Below are positions 10,056 to 19,303 of a stretch of DNA of 64,000 nt, piece by piece. The stretch's first letter is position 1. Each line of letters begins with the position of its first letter. Source of the DNA: Deltaproteobacteria bacterium (lineage in GTDB: Bacteria; Desulfobacterota; DSM-4660; Desulfatiglandales; HGW-15); NCBI GenBank assembly GCA_019310485.1, contig JAFDEF010000007.1:4434-68433 (forward strand), in the 5' to 3' direction. The notes under the pieces are model-generated. The model was not told the origin of the DNA. It saw only the letters and a program-made list of their open reading frames with translations, and did no database searches. Position numbers and translations under genes: made by a program.

Positions 10056-11057
10056 GTGAACGGAGCTCAGGAATCTGGATTTAGACTAGCCACTTTCAAA
10101 TCGGCTGGCAAGCCTCAGGTGGGCATGGTTGAAAAAGAGAGGATTATCGAAATAAACCATGCTTTCTCTTTTCTGAGCGACGAGGAAAAGAAAAATCTCG
10201 AGCCAGCCATGCCTATTGTGTCAATGGAAGGGCTTCTTGAAAACTGGGAAAAGGTTTTTCCTTTTCTTTGCAAAGCCGCTAATCTTCTCACCCGCACGCC
10301 TCAGAAAAGAGCGATCTGGCGCAATGTAGGAGAAGTCATTCTGCTGGCTCCTGTCACTACTCCGGGGAAAATGATCAACACGGGCCTCAACTTCCATGAT
10401 CATGCACGTGAAATGGACATTGATGTTCCCTCTAGCGGGTTTCAGCCCAACTTTTTCTTTAAGGGGGATCGGAATTGCATTATAGGCAGCGGGCAAAAAA
10501 TTGAGCTTTCCTCGAATTTCGTGGACTGGGAGGCTGAACTTGCCCTGGTAATAGGCAAGAAAGGGAAGGACATTAAGCCCGAAGATGCTCCGGACTATAT
10601 AGCTGGATATACCTGTCACAATGATATCACGGATCGAAGCTTGATGATCAGGAAAGACGGGAGCCTGGATTTTTTCAGGGGTAAATCCCGTGACACATTT
10701 GGTCCCCTTGGGCCGTTCCTTGTGCCAAAAGAGTTCTTTCCCGGTCCTGACGACCTTAGAATACGATGCTTTGTGAATGGGGAGGTCATGCAGGATTTCA
10801 GCACAGCTCAGATGATCTGGGGTCCGGAGAAGTGCATAGCGTATATTTCTTCCTGTGTCACGCTTATGCCGGGGGATATAATTGCGCTGGGGACCGGGGC
10901 GGGGACAGGGTGGGCCAAAGGCCTGCCGGACGGCGAAAAAAATCTTCATAGGATCCTTGAACTCATGGAACAAGGCGGCGGGAGATTCTTGCGGCCAGGG
11001 GATTGCGTAGTCGTTGAGATAGAGGGTATCGGAAGATTAGAAAACGAGGTGAAATAG
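10056..11057 (+). CDS. Fumarylacetoacetate hydrolase (FAH) family protein
   Basis: 333 aa with FAH-family C-terminal features (WEAELALVIGK, GDIIALGTGAGTG). GTG start. Confidence 0.85.
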   Translation: MNGAQESGFRLATFKSAGKPQVGMVEKERIIEINHAFSFLSDEEKKNLEPAMPIVSMEGLLENWEKVFPFLCKAANLLTRTPQKRAIWRNVGEVILLAPVTTPGKMINTGLNFHDHAREMDIDVPSSGFQPNFFFKGDRNCIIGSGQKIELSSNFVDWEAELALVIGKKGKDIKPEDAPDYIAGYTCHNDITDRSLMIRKDGSLDFFRGKSRDTFGPLGPFLVPKEFFPGPDDLRIRCFVNGEVMQDFSTAQMIWGPEKCIAYISSCVTLMPGDIIALGTGAGTGWAKGLPDGEKNLHRILELMEQGGGRFLRPGDCVVVEIEGIGRLENEVK

Positions 11058-11059
11058 CG

Positions 11060-12232
11060 ATGGAAAAAGATGATAGCAAAGCGGTCAAGAGGTTGAAACC
11101 TGTTGTTAGGGAATCGGATAGCTCACCCATGCGGGAAATGATGAAGATGATGGAGGAGCATAAAGATCTTTTGAGTCTTTCAGCCGGGGAGGCAAATTTC
11201 GATCCCCCTGAACAACTTATAAATCTGGCGATAGATGCGATGAGAAAAGACAAGAACCGGTACACTTCTACTAACGGGATTCCCGAGATCCGTGAAGCGG
11301 TAGCCAGATTCGTCTATGATCAGTGGGGGGTAAAGGTTGATCCCGGGCAAAATATTTTGATGACAGTCGGCGGGATGGAAGCCATTTTCCTGGCTGCCAG
11401 GATAGTGCTGGAAAAAGGCGACAGGGTGCTTCTTCCGGACCCGGGCTGGGGCGTCATGCGAACCGTTGTGGAAAGGCTTGGTGCTGTAATAGATTACTAT
11501 CCCTTGCGCGAGGGGGAGCAATGGATCATTGACCACGATGCTATTCTGAGCCGTATGAATGAAAACACGAAGCTCGTGGTTGTCAATACTCCATCTAATC
11601 CCACAGGAGCCACACTTTCAAGAGAAGGGTTTGGTGCATTGTTGGAGAGGGCCGAAAAACTAGGCACTTTTATCCTCTCAGACGAGGTGTACCATAACTA
11701 TGTTTACGAAGGCCAGCATGTCAGCGGACTAAGCTTTGATAGTCTTGACAACTTGATTTTTGTCAACAGCTTCTCAAAGGCATTTGCAGTCACGGGGTGG
11801 CGACTTGGTTACGCAATCGCCCACCCCTGGATCATACGGCAGATGGGGATATTCAAAGAAAGCATCTCTCTTTGCTCTTTTTCCATCGGCCAGTGGGCAA
11901 TGTCCGAGTTTCTACCCGTATGTAAGGGCTACCTTCAGGAGGCGCGAGAATTTTGTAGGAAAAACATGGAAATGTTGGTGGAGGGACTGCAAGCTATTCC
12001 CGGTGTCAGGTGCACTCCGCCCCTGGGAGGGCTCTATGTTTTTCCAGACTTTTCAGAGATTGAGCCCTCTTCACAAGAGCTTTTCAAGCGACTACTCAAC
12101 GCAGGCGTGGCTGTCGCGCCGGGAGCTTTTTTTGGCTCCCAGGGTGAGGGGCGCGCTAGGCTCATGTTTGCATGTCCTCCTGAGAGAATAGAAAAAGGAC
12201 TTGAAAGGATTCGGGCTGCTCTTGACAGGTAG
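11060..12232 (+). CDS. Pyridoxal-phosphate-dependent aminotransferase, class I/II
   Basis: 390 aa with NTPSNPTG and SFSKAFAVTGWRLGY (PLP lysine region). Starts 3 nt after the FAH gene. Confidence 0.9.
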   Translation: MEKDDSKAVKRLKPVVRESDSSPMREMMKMMEEHKDLLSLSAGEANFDPPEQLINLAIDAMRKDKNRYTSTNGIPEIREAVARFVYDQWGVKVDPGQNILMTVGGMEAIFLAARIVLEKGDRVLLPDPGWGVMRTVVERLGAVIDYYPLREGEQWIIDHDAILSRMNENTKLVVVNTPSNPTGATLSREGFGALLERAEKLGTFILSDEVYHNYVYEGQHVSGLSFDSLDNLIFVNSFSKAFAVTGWRLGYAIAHPWIIRQMGIFKESISLCSFSIGQWAMSEFLPVCKGYLQEAREFCRKNMEMLVEGLQAIPGVRCTPPLGGLYVFPDFSEIEPSSQELFKRLLNAGVAVAPGAFFGSQGEGRARLMFACPPERIEKGLERIRAALDR

Positions 12233-12239
12233 CCGCCTC

Positions 12240-12575
12240 CTAGAGGGCTCTTGAGAGGGGATCACCGGGTTCTTCTTGAAGCAAAATTTTGGCCATTTCA
12301 GCAGCCTGGTCATATGTTCTGAGCCCCTTGTCAAGGAATTCGTCTGATTCATCCCGGTTTGATTCTACAAAAACGGCTTTCAAAATTGCGATTCGTTGAT
12401 CAATGGCTACGAATGCAGCCTCACCCGAAGAGTCTTCATCCGCCGGAACGGGCGGGATGCCCATGAGCATGTACCAGACTAGCTTGTCCAGGTCGGGCAA
12501 AAAGCCCCCTCTGTTAAGATTAATGGTTTTCCTGAAAGCATAATAGGCTTGAATGAATGCATCTTTGGGGTTCAT
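12240..12575 (-). CDS. Hypothetical protein
   Basis: 111-aa ORF convergent with the aminotransferase gene. No recognisable motif. Confidence 0.45.
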   Translation of the reverse strand: MNPKDAFIQAYYAFRKTINLNRGGFLPDLDKLVWYMLMGIPPVPADEDSSGEAAFVAIDQRIAILKAVFVESNRDESDEFLDKGLRTYDQAAEMAKILLQEEPGDPLSRAL

Positions 12576-12875
12576 GTTCTACCTTCTTGTATATGCTAAG
12601 ACCCTTAATCAATAACAAGTACTAGAAATCCGTGCAGAAAATCAAGAGGTTTTGAGTTGTGTCTCAAAAAACTAGGAGTAAAAGTCTCCCGCTCCGGCCT
12701 TTTTAGTTCAAGCAGGGCAGAGGAGGGGCATTTTATTTGTAGTTGGTTTCAAAAAAGATTGAAATCCGGTATAGAAAATGGTAATCGAGTATCAGATAAT
12801 AGACTGCTTCATACCTTCGTTCTCGCATTTCCAACCATTTTGAACGTACTTTGTTGCAAAAAGCAGAGGTGCTAG

Positions 12876-14324
12876 ATGGCAGAGAAAGAATTTTTGGATT
12901 TTTGCTCCTTCCTCTCCGGGGTGAGCCTGGCATCTGTGCCACAAAGTGTCGTAGATCACGCCAAGCTGGTGCTGCTGGACACGCTTGGTGTCGTTATTGC
13001 TGGTTCGCAAAACGCTGAAGTAGACAAAATTGCAAAGCATCTTTGCCTAATTGGCAACCGGGACAGAAGTGCCACATGGCCTGGGAGGCAAGAGCGTTTC
13101 AATCCTTTGGACGCGGCTCTGGTTAGCGGTATTTCGGGTTCAAGCCTTGAATATGAGGAAGGTAACTCCAGGGCCATGGGCCATCCTGCGATTCAGCTCA
13201 TCCCGGGGCTTATGGCTGCTTGCGAATCGGAAAACCTGACAGGGGAAAGGGTGCTGAGGGGTCTTATTGCGGGCTACGAGGCGGGCAGCAGGGTGAGCCG
13301 TGCTTCCTCAATCAGAAAGGGCCTTCATCCGACCGGAACATGGGGTGTAGTGGGATGTGCACTCGCTGTGGCGTGTGCATCTGGAAAAAAGCCCCAAGAT
13401 CTGGTTCAGATTTTAAACATCGCTTCGTCCTTTGCTCTTTCTCCTTATGTGAAAAACTCTTTTGTGGGGAAAAACGTAGCAGCAACGTTTGCAGGAGTTA
13501 CAAACTACCTGGGGTTGCTTGCAAATCTTTTTTTTGACAGTGGCATCCGGGCTGACGAGAGCAGCTTCAAAATGACCTTTTCCAGGTTTGTCTCAGATGA
13601 TTTCGAGCCGGATCTTCTCTATGATAATCTTGGAAAAGAATACGCAATAGCCGAAAATTACTTCAAGCCTTACCCAACATGCCGGTTTACCCATCCTTCA
13701 CTTGACGCCCTGAAAGCTATCTTGGAGAGGGAGCAGGTCAATCCCGAAGATGTTGCCCGCGTTAAGGTCTGGAGCTTCAGGGCAGCAGTTCATACTTCTT
13801 CCAGCCCGCCGTCAAATGCCGAGGCCATGCGTTTCTCAACCCCTTATCTTGTTGCCGTGATGCTGGTTTATGGAAATATCAACCTTGGAATAATGAACTT
13901 CCCCGCCGCAAGCAGCGGGGTATCAATCGGAAACCATCTTAACCGCCCCAAGGGGCGGGGAATCAAACCCTTGTCCGCCTCTGGCGGATTGAAAGACGAA
14001 CTGATCGAGGATCATAAAATAAAGGACCTTGCTGCCAGGGTTGAAATGATTCACTCTCGTGAATACGAAAGAATGCTGCCCAGGCACAATCCTGCCAGGG
14101 TTACCGTTCAGCTCAAGGATGGGCGAGAGTTTACCCATGAAACCCTAAACTGCAGGGGAGATCCTTTAAACCCATTGACAGGAGAAGAAGTATCACAAAA
14201 ATTCCTGTCACTCGCAGGGCCTGTCATAGGAGACAAAAGAGCTGAACAGTTTTTGGAGAAGCTCAAGAATCTTGAGTCAGAGAAGCACATTCAAGAATTA
14301 ACGGCACTGCTGAGGCCTGCTTAG
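12876..14324 (+). CDS. MmgE/PrpD family protein carrying a 32-codon repeat-derived insertion
   Basis: 482 aa with PrpD-like sequence throughout (VLLDTLGVVIAGS, HPTGTWGVVG, KPYPTCRFTHP). Residues NFPAASSGVSIGNHLNRPKGRGIKPLSASGGL are encoded by a family-1 repeat. Confidence 0.85.
   Translation: MAEKEFLDFCSFLSGVSLASVPQSVVDHAKLVLLDTLGVVIAGSQNAEVDKIAKHLCLIGNRDRSATWPGRQERFNPLDAALVSGISGSSLEYEEGNSRAMGHPAIQLIPGLMAACESENLTGERVLRGLIAGYEAGSRVSRASSIRKGLHPTGTWGVVGCALAVACASGKKPQDLVQILNIASSFALSPYVKNSFVGKNVAATFAGVTNYLGLLANLFFDSGIRADESSFKMTFSRFVSDDFEPDLLYDNLGKEYAIAENYFKPYPTCRFTHPSLDALKAILEREQVNPEDVARVKVWSFRAAVHTSSSPPSNAEAMRFSTPYLVAVMLVYGNINLGIMNFPAASSGVSIGNHLNRPKGRGIKPLSASGGLKDELIEDHKIKDLAARVEMIHSREYERMLPRHNPARVTVQLKDGREFTHETLNCRGDPLNPLTGEEVSQKFLSLAGPVIGDKRAEQFLEKLKNLESEKHIQELTALLRPA
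13892..13992 (-). repeat. Family-1 structured repeat, subfamily 1b short form, inside the MmgE/PrpD CDS
   Basis: Near-identical to the copy at 59021-59121 in reverse orientation. Flanked by AATGA and ATTGA. Removing 96 nt leaves an intact frame (..GIM-K-DELIE..). Confidence 0.9.
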
Positions 14325-14343
14325 AGCTCAAAAGGGCTGGGAC

Positions 14344-14937
14344 ATGGCTAATCGGTTAAAGGAAAAACGAGAAGTAAGGTCTTTTCAGGGATCCAGCCAG
14401 GAAGAGGTTCTTAAAAGAATTGGAGCCAGGATTCGAGCTGAAAGAAATCGTCTTGGCCTTTCTCTGGAGGCGCTTGCAAGGAAAGTGGGTATCAGCAAAA
14501 TGACTCTACACCGGATCGAAACCGGTGCCACTTCGCCTTCAATAATTAATCTTACTGAAATATCATTCCACCTGAAAAAACCGATTGAGTCTCTTATCAG
14601 GCAGGGAGAACCCAAAGTTGTCCTGATCAGAGAGGATCAACAAAACACCATCATGGATCCTGAAAGCGGGATCAAGGTTCTGGCTCCAAGGGGCCTCATC
14701 TCTGATAGAATCACGATCACCTCGGCTGAGCTTGATACAGGTGTGGAGATTGACCCTCATGTAAATAAAGGATTTGAGTGGGCTTACCTGACAGAGGGCA
14801 AGGCTGTTGTTAGGGTTGGTGACAGGAAATATAAGATTCAGGCCGGGGACTCGATCTTTTACGATGCGCACTTCCCGCATTCAATAAAAGTTGAAGAGAA
14901 GGTGAAATACATTGGTATTTTTCTGCGCGATGAATGA
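14344..14937 (+). CDS. XRE-family HTH transcriptional regulator with C-terminal cupin domain
   Basis: HTH region (LSLEALARKVGISKMTLHRIETG) followed by a cupin-like C-terminus (GDSIFYDAHFPHS). Confidence 0.85.
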   Translation: MANRLKEKREVRSFQGSSQEEVLKRIGARIRAERNRLGLSLEALARKVGISKMTLHRIETGATSPSIINLTEISFHLKKPIESLIRQGEPKVVLIREDQQNTIMDPESGIKVLAPRGLISDRITITSAELDTGVEIDPHVNKGFEWAYLTEGKAVVRVGDRKYKIQAGDSIFYDAHFPHSIKVEEKVKYIGIFLRDE

Positions 14938-15103
14938 AGCTTAAGGCAGCGAGCCGGGGTGTATCAAGGGAGAAATTCCCGCCAGGCTGTAGATTGCCTT
15001 CATCGATTTCCTCTTTGCCAGGCCCTCACCGCGGCTCCTTAACAAGATGTGAAACATTAGGGCTCTTTGGCCCTTTCTGGTGCTTATATACGGGGTTTTG
15101 TTT

Positions 15104-15222
15104 TTAATCCGCCAGAGGCGGATTAATCCGCCAGAGGCGGACGAGGGTTCAATTCCCCGCCCCTCAGGGTGTTAAGAAAATTTCCGATTGATACCCCGTC
15201 CGCTTGCGGCGGGGTAGTTAAT
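15104..15222 (+). repeat. Family-1 structured repeat, subfamily 1a long form
   Basis: 119 bp, bounded by TTAAT at both ends. About 95% identical by hand count to 62454-62572. Carries a tandem CCGCCAGAGGCGG hairpin module plus two more GC hairpins. Confidence 0.9.
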
Positions 15223-15320
15223 TTACGTATGTGCCATGGATTTCACTGGTATTAACGGGGCTTTTGCAATAAGAAACAGATGATTGCAAGTGCAAACGTA
15301 AAAAATTGAGGAGAGCGACC

Positions 15321-16628
15321 ATGATTAAGCTCTTGCAAAAAAAGGGGGAATTGGAAGTCCATCTTCCATCAAAGTGGAAGGTTGCGCAGACAATTTTCAA
15401 AGAACCGGCGCAGGTGGATGCTTCGCCGTCAGAACTGATGAAGACGGCATTGGACAATCCGGTTGGTGCCCCGCGCCTGGAGGAGCTTTTGAAACCAGGC
15501 TCAAAGGTTGCTGTTGTGGTGGATGACATGACGCGACATACCCCGGTAAAGGATCTTTTGCCTCCACTACTTGAAGTGATAGATGGGGCTGGTATTCCAC
15601 CTGAAGACGTTGATATAGTTATAGGAGTCGGCACTCACCGTCCTATGACCACTGATGAGATCAAAGAGCGAGTCGGAGCAGGGATAGTAAAAAGTTATCG
15701 TATTCAAAACCACGACGCACACTCCTCTGAGCTGGTGGTTATGGGCGAACTTCCCGGCTATGGTCCCGTATCATTCAATGCCGCGGTGGCAAGGGCTGAT
15801 GTGAAGGTTATCGCCGGATCAATTGTTCCTCACGTCCATAACGGCTTTGGTGGTGGTCCCAAAAACATAATGCCGGGAATTTGCAATTTTGATACTATCC
15901 GGCGACATCACATGAAGAATGTGTTACACCACAGGGCCAGGGTCGGAATAGTAGAGGGAAACCCATTTTTGAAAGATACCGTCGAGATTGCAAAACTGGC
16001 CGGAGTAAATTTTGCTGTTCAGTGTCTAGGAGATACCATGGGTCAGATTTACGAGGTGCTTGCAGGAGACGTATTTGGAGTTTACGGCCTTGGCATTGAA
16101 AAGCAGAAAAAATATCTTGGGGTGCAGGTTTCAGGCCGTTCGGATGTAACTCTCGTCTCCTCCCATCCCTATGATGAAGGAGTCCAGATCATGAAGGCAT
16201 TTATGCCCTCAGCGATGGTCACTAAAGACGGAGGAAGCATCCTAGTGATCACTGAACTAAAGGATCCGTTGCCGGATTTTTTCCTGGATAGCGTGAGAAA
16301 AGTCAGAGGTAAAGGGGGCAGCGAGGCAGAAGCAGGTGCCTTAGAGAAACTAAAACACTACGAACCGCTTATTGAAGAAGCAGCCATGGATTTCAACATG
16401 GCGATCATCTTGATTCTTGCAATCACGAGACGGTTTAAGTTGGTGCTGGTTGGTCATGAAGTGCTTAGGGATGCTGCAAAGGCTATAGGATGTCGATATT
16501 CGCCTGACTTGAGCACTGCCCTGAAGGAGGAAAGCAGCAGGGTGAAAGAGGCCTCAGTCAGCATAATTCCGGCAGGCGGTTATATTTTTCCAATAATCTC
16601 AGAGCCGTTTTACCTGCTTGAAAACTGA
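15321..16628 (+). CDS. LarA-like protein (lactate-racemase N-terminal domain / DUF2088 family)
   Basis: The motifs GVGTHRP and HNGFGGGPKNIMPG resemble the catalytic-His and cofactor-Lys regions of LarA as I recall them. The ATG at 15321 has AGGAG 7 nt upstream; the ORF extends to a TTG at 15306. Confidence 0.75.
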   Translation: MIKLLQKKGELEVHLPSKWKVAQTIFKEPAQVDASPSELMKTALDNPVGAPRLEELLKPGSKVAVVVDDMTRHTPVKDLLPPLLEVIDGAGIPPEDVDIVIGVGTHRPMTTDEIKERVGAGIVKSYRIQNHDAHSSELVVMGELPGYGPVSFNAAVARADVKVIAGSIVPHVHNGFGGGPKNIMPGICNFDTIRRHHMKNVLHHRARVGIVEGNPFLKDTVEIAKLAGVNFAVQCLGDTMGQIYEVLAGDVFGVYGLGIEKQKKYLGVQVSGRSDVTLVSSHPYDEGVQIMKAFMPSAMVTKDGGSILVITELKDPLPDFFLDSVRKVRGKGGSEAEAGALEKLKHYEPLIEEAAMDFNMAIILILAITRRFKLVLVGHEVLRDAAKAIGCRYSPDLSTALKEESSRVKEASVSIIPAGGYIFPIISEPFYLLEN

Positions 16629-16707
16629 GGCACGCAACGGAGTAAAGAAGAGGCCTTGAGACTATGCGCCTGAGTAATTACCATAATTTCTTGCACGCGA
16701 GGGTGCC

Positions 16708-17853
16708 ATGAAACAACTGATGACAGGAAATGAGGCTGCGGCTTTAGCTGCAAAAATGGCCAAGCCTCAGGTGGTGGCTGCCTATCCAATTACACCTCAG
16801 ACCAGTATTGCAGAGAAACTGGCCTCTTACGTGGCCAGGGGAGAACTGGCCTCCCGCTATATCAAAGTGGAATCAGAAACATCAGCCCTGGCCGCGTGTA
16901 TGGGGGGATCGCTGGCTGGCGCAAGAGTGTTCACGGCTACCTCTTCACAGGGACTGGCCCTCATGCACGAACTGCTCCACTGGGCATCCGGGGCACGGCT
17001 GCCCGTAATCATAGTTGACGTGAACCGATCCATGGCAGCTCCGTGGTCACTGGGTGTTGATCATAATGACAGCCTTTCCCAGCGCGATACAGGCTGTATA
17101 CAGATCTATTGCGAGACAGCACAGGAGGCACTGGACAACGTTTTGATCGCGTTCAAGCTTGCAGAAAAGGTGCTGTTGCCTACCATGGTATGTTTGGACG
17201 GCTTCTACCTTTCCCACTACTCGGAGCCGGTAGATATCCCGGAGCAAGCTGATGTGGACAGGTTTCTTCCCCGGCGGAAGGCAAAATACAGAATGGACCC
17301 GAATGACCCCTTTACTTTTGGGGGAGGGGTTAGCCCCCAGGTGTTATTCGGGTTAAGAAAGCGAATTCAGAGTGACATGGACAGTGCACTGGACTGTTTC
17401 AGGCAGATTTGCACACAGTTTTTCAGGTATTTTAAAAGAAGATACAGAGCAGTGGAATCTTTTGAGATAAAAGGAAAAGATATTGCCCTCGTAACGAATG
17501 GAACTCTGTCGGGGACCGTAAGAGCGTTTGTAGAGCAGAACGGCAAAGAAAAAGGAGTGGGGCTAGTAAAGATGCGGCTTTTTCGGCCATTCCCGAAAGG
17601 AGAATTCAAGAAAGCTATAAAGGGTCTCAAGAAACTTGTGGTGATTGATCGAAACCTATCACCAGGGAGCGGGGGTATTTTTTCGCAAGAGATAAGATCT
17701 GCGATTTATGGAATTGAGGCCGCGCTTCCTATTGTCAGTGTGATAGGAGGCCTGGGTGGGGTGGACGTCAGCATCGAGGACCTGGATCGCTTGGTTGACA
17801 GAATCCGGGAGGGAGGAGATCTACAGGATGAAACGATCTGGATGGAGGCTTAA
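16708..17853 (+). CDS. 2-oxoacid:ferredoxin oxidoreductase, alpha subunit
   Basis: 381 aa with an N-terminus (MTGNEAAALAAKMAKPQVVAAYPITPQT) typical of Por/Vor/Kor alpha subunits. Confidence 0.9.
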   Translation: MKQLMTGNEAAALAAKMAKPQVVAAYPITPQTSIAEKLASYVARGELASRYIKVESETSALAACMGGSLAGARVFTATSSQGLALMHELLHWASGARLPVIIVDVNRSMAAPWSLGVDHNDSLSQRDTGCIQIYCETAQEALDNVLIAFKLAEKVLLPTMVCLDGFYLSHYSEPVDIPEQADVDRFLPRRKAKYRMDPNDPFTFGGGVSPQVLFGLRKRIQSDMDSALDCFRQICTQFFRYFKRRYRAVESFEIKGKDIALVTNGTLSGTVRAFVEQNGKEKGVGLVKMRLFRPFPKGEFKKAIKGLKKLVVIDRNLSPGSGGIFSQEIRSAIYGIEAALPIVSVIGGLGGVDVSIEDLDRLVDRIREGGDLQDETIWMEA

Positions 17854-17855
17854 GC

Positions 17856-18749
17856 ATGGCAAAAGTTCGCGTGAAAGAAGAGCTCGTATACCCTGGTAGT
17901 TTTGCATGTCCAGGATGCGGTTTAATGATGGCCTTCCGACATGTTCTAAGAGTTCTTGGCAGAAATACTGCGGTAGTAACAACCGCAGGGTGTGGGTCTG
18001 TTGTAGCTGGGTCGTATCCGCAAACCATATCCAAGGTGCCCTTTTTTCACTGTTCCTTTGGCACTGCGGCGTCGACAGCGGCAGGGCTGAAAGCAGGTTA
18101 CGATATGATGGGGAAACGATCCATAAATGTACTTGCCTGGGCAGGGGATGGCGGGACATTCGATATAGGTTTGCAGTCTTTGTCCGGCGCAGCAGAGCGA
18201 AACGAAGACATCATCTACGTTTGCTATGATAATGAAGCTTATATGAATACGGGCGTACAGAGAAGTTCAGGAACCCCCATGGGCGCGTGGACGACTACGA
18301 CTCCCCGGGAATCACTTGAGGACCGTCCCAAGAAAAAGATGGCGGCTATTATGGCAGCCCACGAAATCCCTTATATTGCCACGGCTTCGGTATCTTACCC
18401 GGAGGATCTTGATAGGAAAATAAGAAAGGCCAAGGGGATTAAAGGATTTCGATTTATTCATATTATTGTTCCATGCCCCACAGGTTGGCTATATCCTGCG
18501 AGTGAGACTGTGCGACTAGGGCGAGAAGCTGTCCTTTCCAGAATATTCCCCCTTTTTGAGATCATGGCTGGAAAAAAGTATCGGCTGAGTCCCATGGGGG
18601 CAAAAACTCCCGTAAGGGAATATCTGGTATCTCAGGGACGGTTCAAGGGATTATCCGAGAAAGATATTTCTCTTATCCAGGAAAAGGTTGATGAATACTG
18701 GTCTGAGCTGGAGGAACTGGCGGCCAGGAGCAGGGAGTCGCATTCATGA
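17856..18749 (+). CDS. 2-oxoacid:ferredoxin oxidoreductase, beta (TPP-binding) subunit
   Basis: CPGCG motif and the TPP-binding region GDGGTFDIG...YDNEAYMNTG. Confidence 0.9.
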   Translation: MAKVRVKEELVYPGSFACPGCGLMMAFRHVLRVLGRNTAVVTTAGCGSVVAGSYPQTISKVPFFHCSFGTAASTAAGLKAGYDMMGKRSINVLAWAGDGGTFDIGLQSLSGAAERNEDIIYVCYDNEAYMNTGVQRSSGTPMGAWTTTTPRESLEDRPKKKMAAIMAAHEIPYIATASVSYPEDLDRKIRKAKGIKGFRFIHIIVPCPTGWLYPASETVRLGREAVLSRIFPLFEIMAGKKYRLSPMGAKTPVREYLVSQGRFKGLSEKDISLIQEKVDEYWSELEELAARSRESHS

Positions 18750-19303
18750 TAGAGATAAAACTTTCAGGCCGGGGTGGGCAAGGTGCTGTGCTGGCCTCCC
18801 AAATTCTTGGCTCTGCTTTTTTTAAAATAGGCAACTGGGTCCAGTCTTTTCCTTCCTTCGGTGCTGAGAGGCGGGGTGCACCAGTGTCTGCATTCCTGAG
18901 GGTGGATACTAAAGAGATTACGCTTCGCTATGGGGTAAAGCACCCTGAGTGGTTAGTATTGTTTGACCCGGGCCTTGTTAAAAACAAGATGGTCATGGAT
19001 GGGGTGAGGTCCGACACCTCGATAATCGTGAATAGCACCGAACCTGCGGGAAAGGGGAGATTCGGCCTGGAGCAAAGGCTTTTTATCGTTGACGCCACAA
19101 GCATCGCTGAAGGCCTTAATCTCAGGACAACTTCCTTTTCCATAGTCAATACTGCTATGGTGGGAGCTTTTGCCAAAGCTTCAGGACTGATTGATCTGGA
19201 CAGCGTAAGTGCGGCCATAGGCGAGCTGGTGCCCGTGAAAAAAGAGGAAAACATAGCTGCCGCCAAAGAGGCCTATGGAAAAGTTAAGGAGGTTTCTCTA
19301 TGA
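18746..19303 (+). CDS. 2-oxoacid:ferredoxin oxidoreductase, gamma subunit
   Basis: 185 aa with GRGGQG near the N-terminus. Start and stop overlap the neighbouring genes, suggesting translational coupling. Confidence 0.85.
   Translation: MIEIKLSGRGGQGAVLASQILGSAFFKIGNWVQSFPSFGAERRGAPVSAFLRVDTKEITLRYGVKHPEWLVLFDPGLVKNKMVMDGVRSDTSIIVNSTEPAGKGRFGLEQRLFIVDATSIAEGLNLRTTSFSIVNTAMVGAFAKASGLIDLDSVSAAIGELVPVKKEENIAAAKEAYGKVKEVSL

Noticed and set aside
15140-15165. tRNA T-arm-like motif GGGTTCAATTCCCC inside family-1 repeats, raising the question of tRNA genes or tRNA-derived SINEs
   Set aside because: Only the T-loop-like heptamer with a 3-bp stem is present. No acceptor, D or anticodon arms can be drawn, and subfamily 1b has GGTTTGATTCC instead. 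I found no tRNA gene anywhere in the window.
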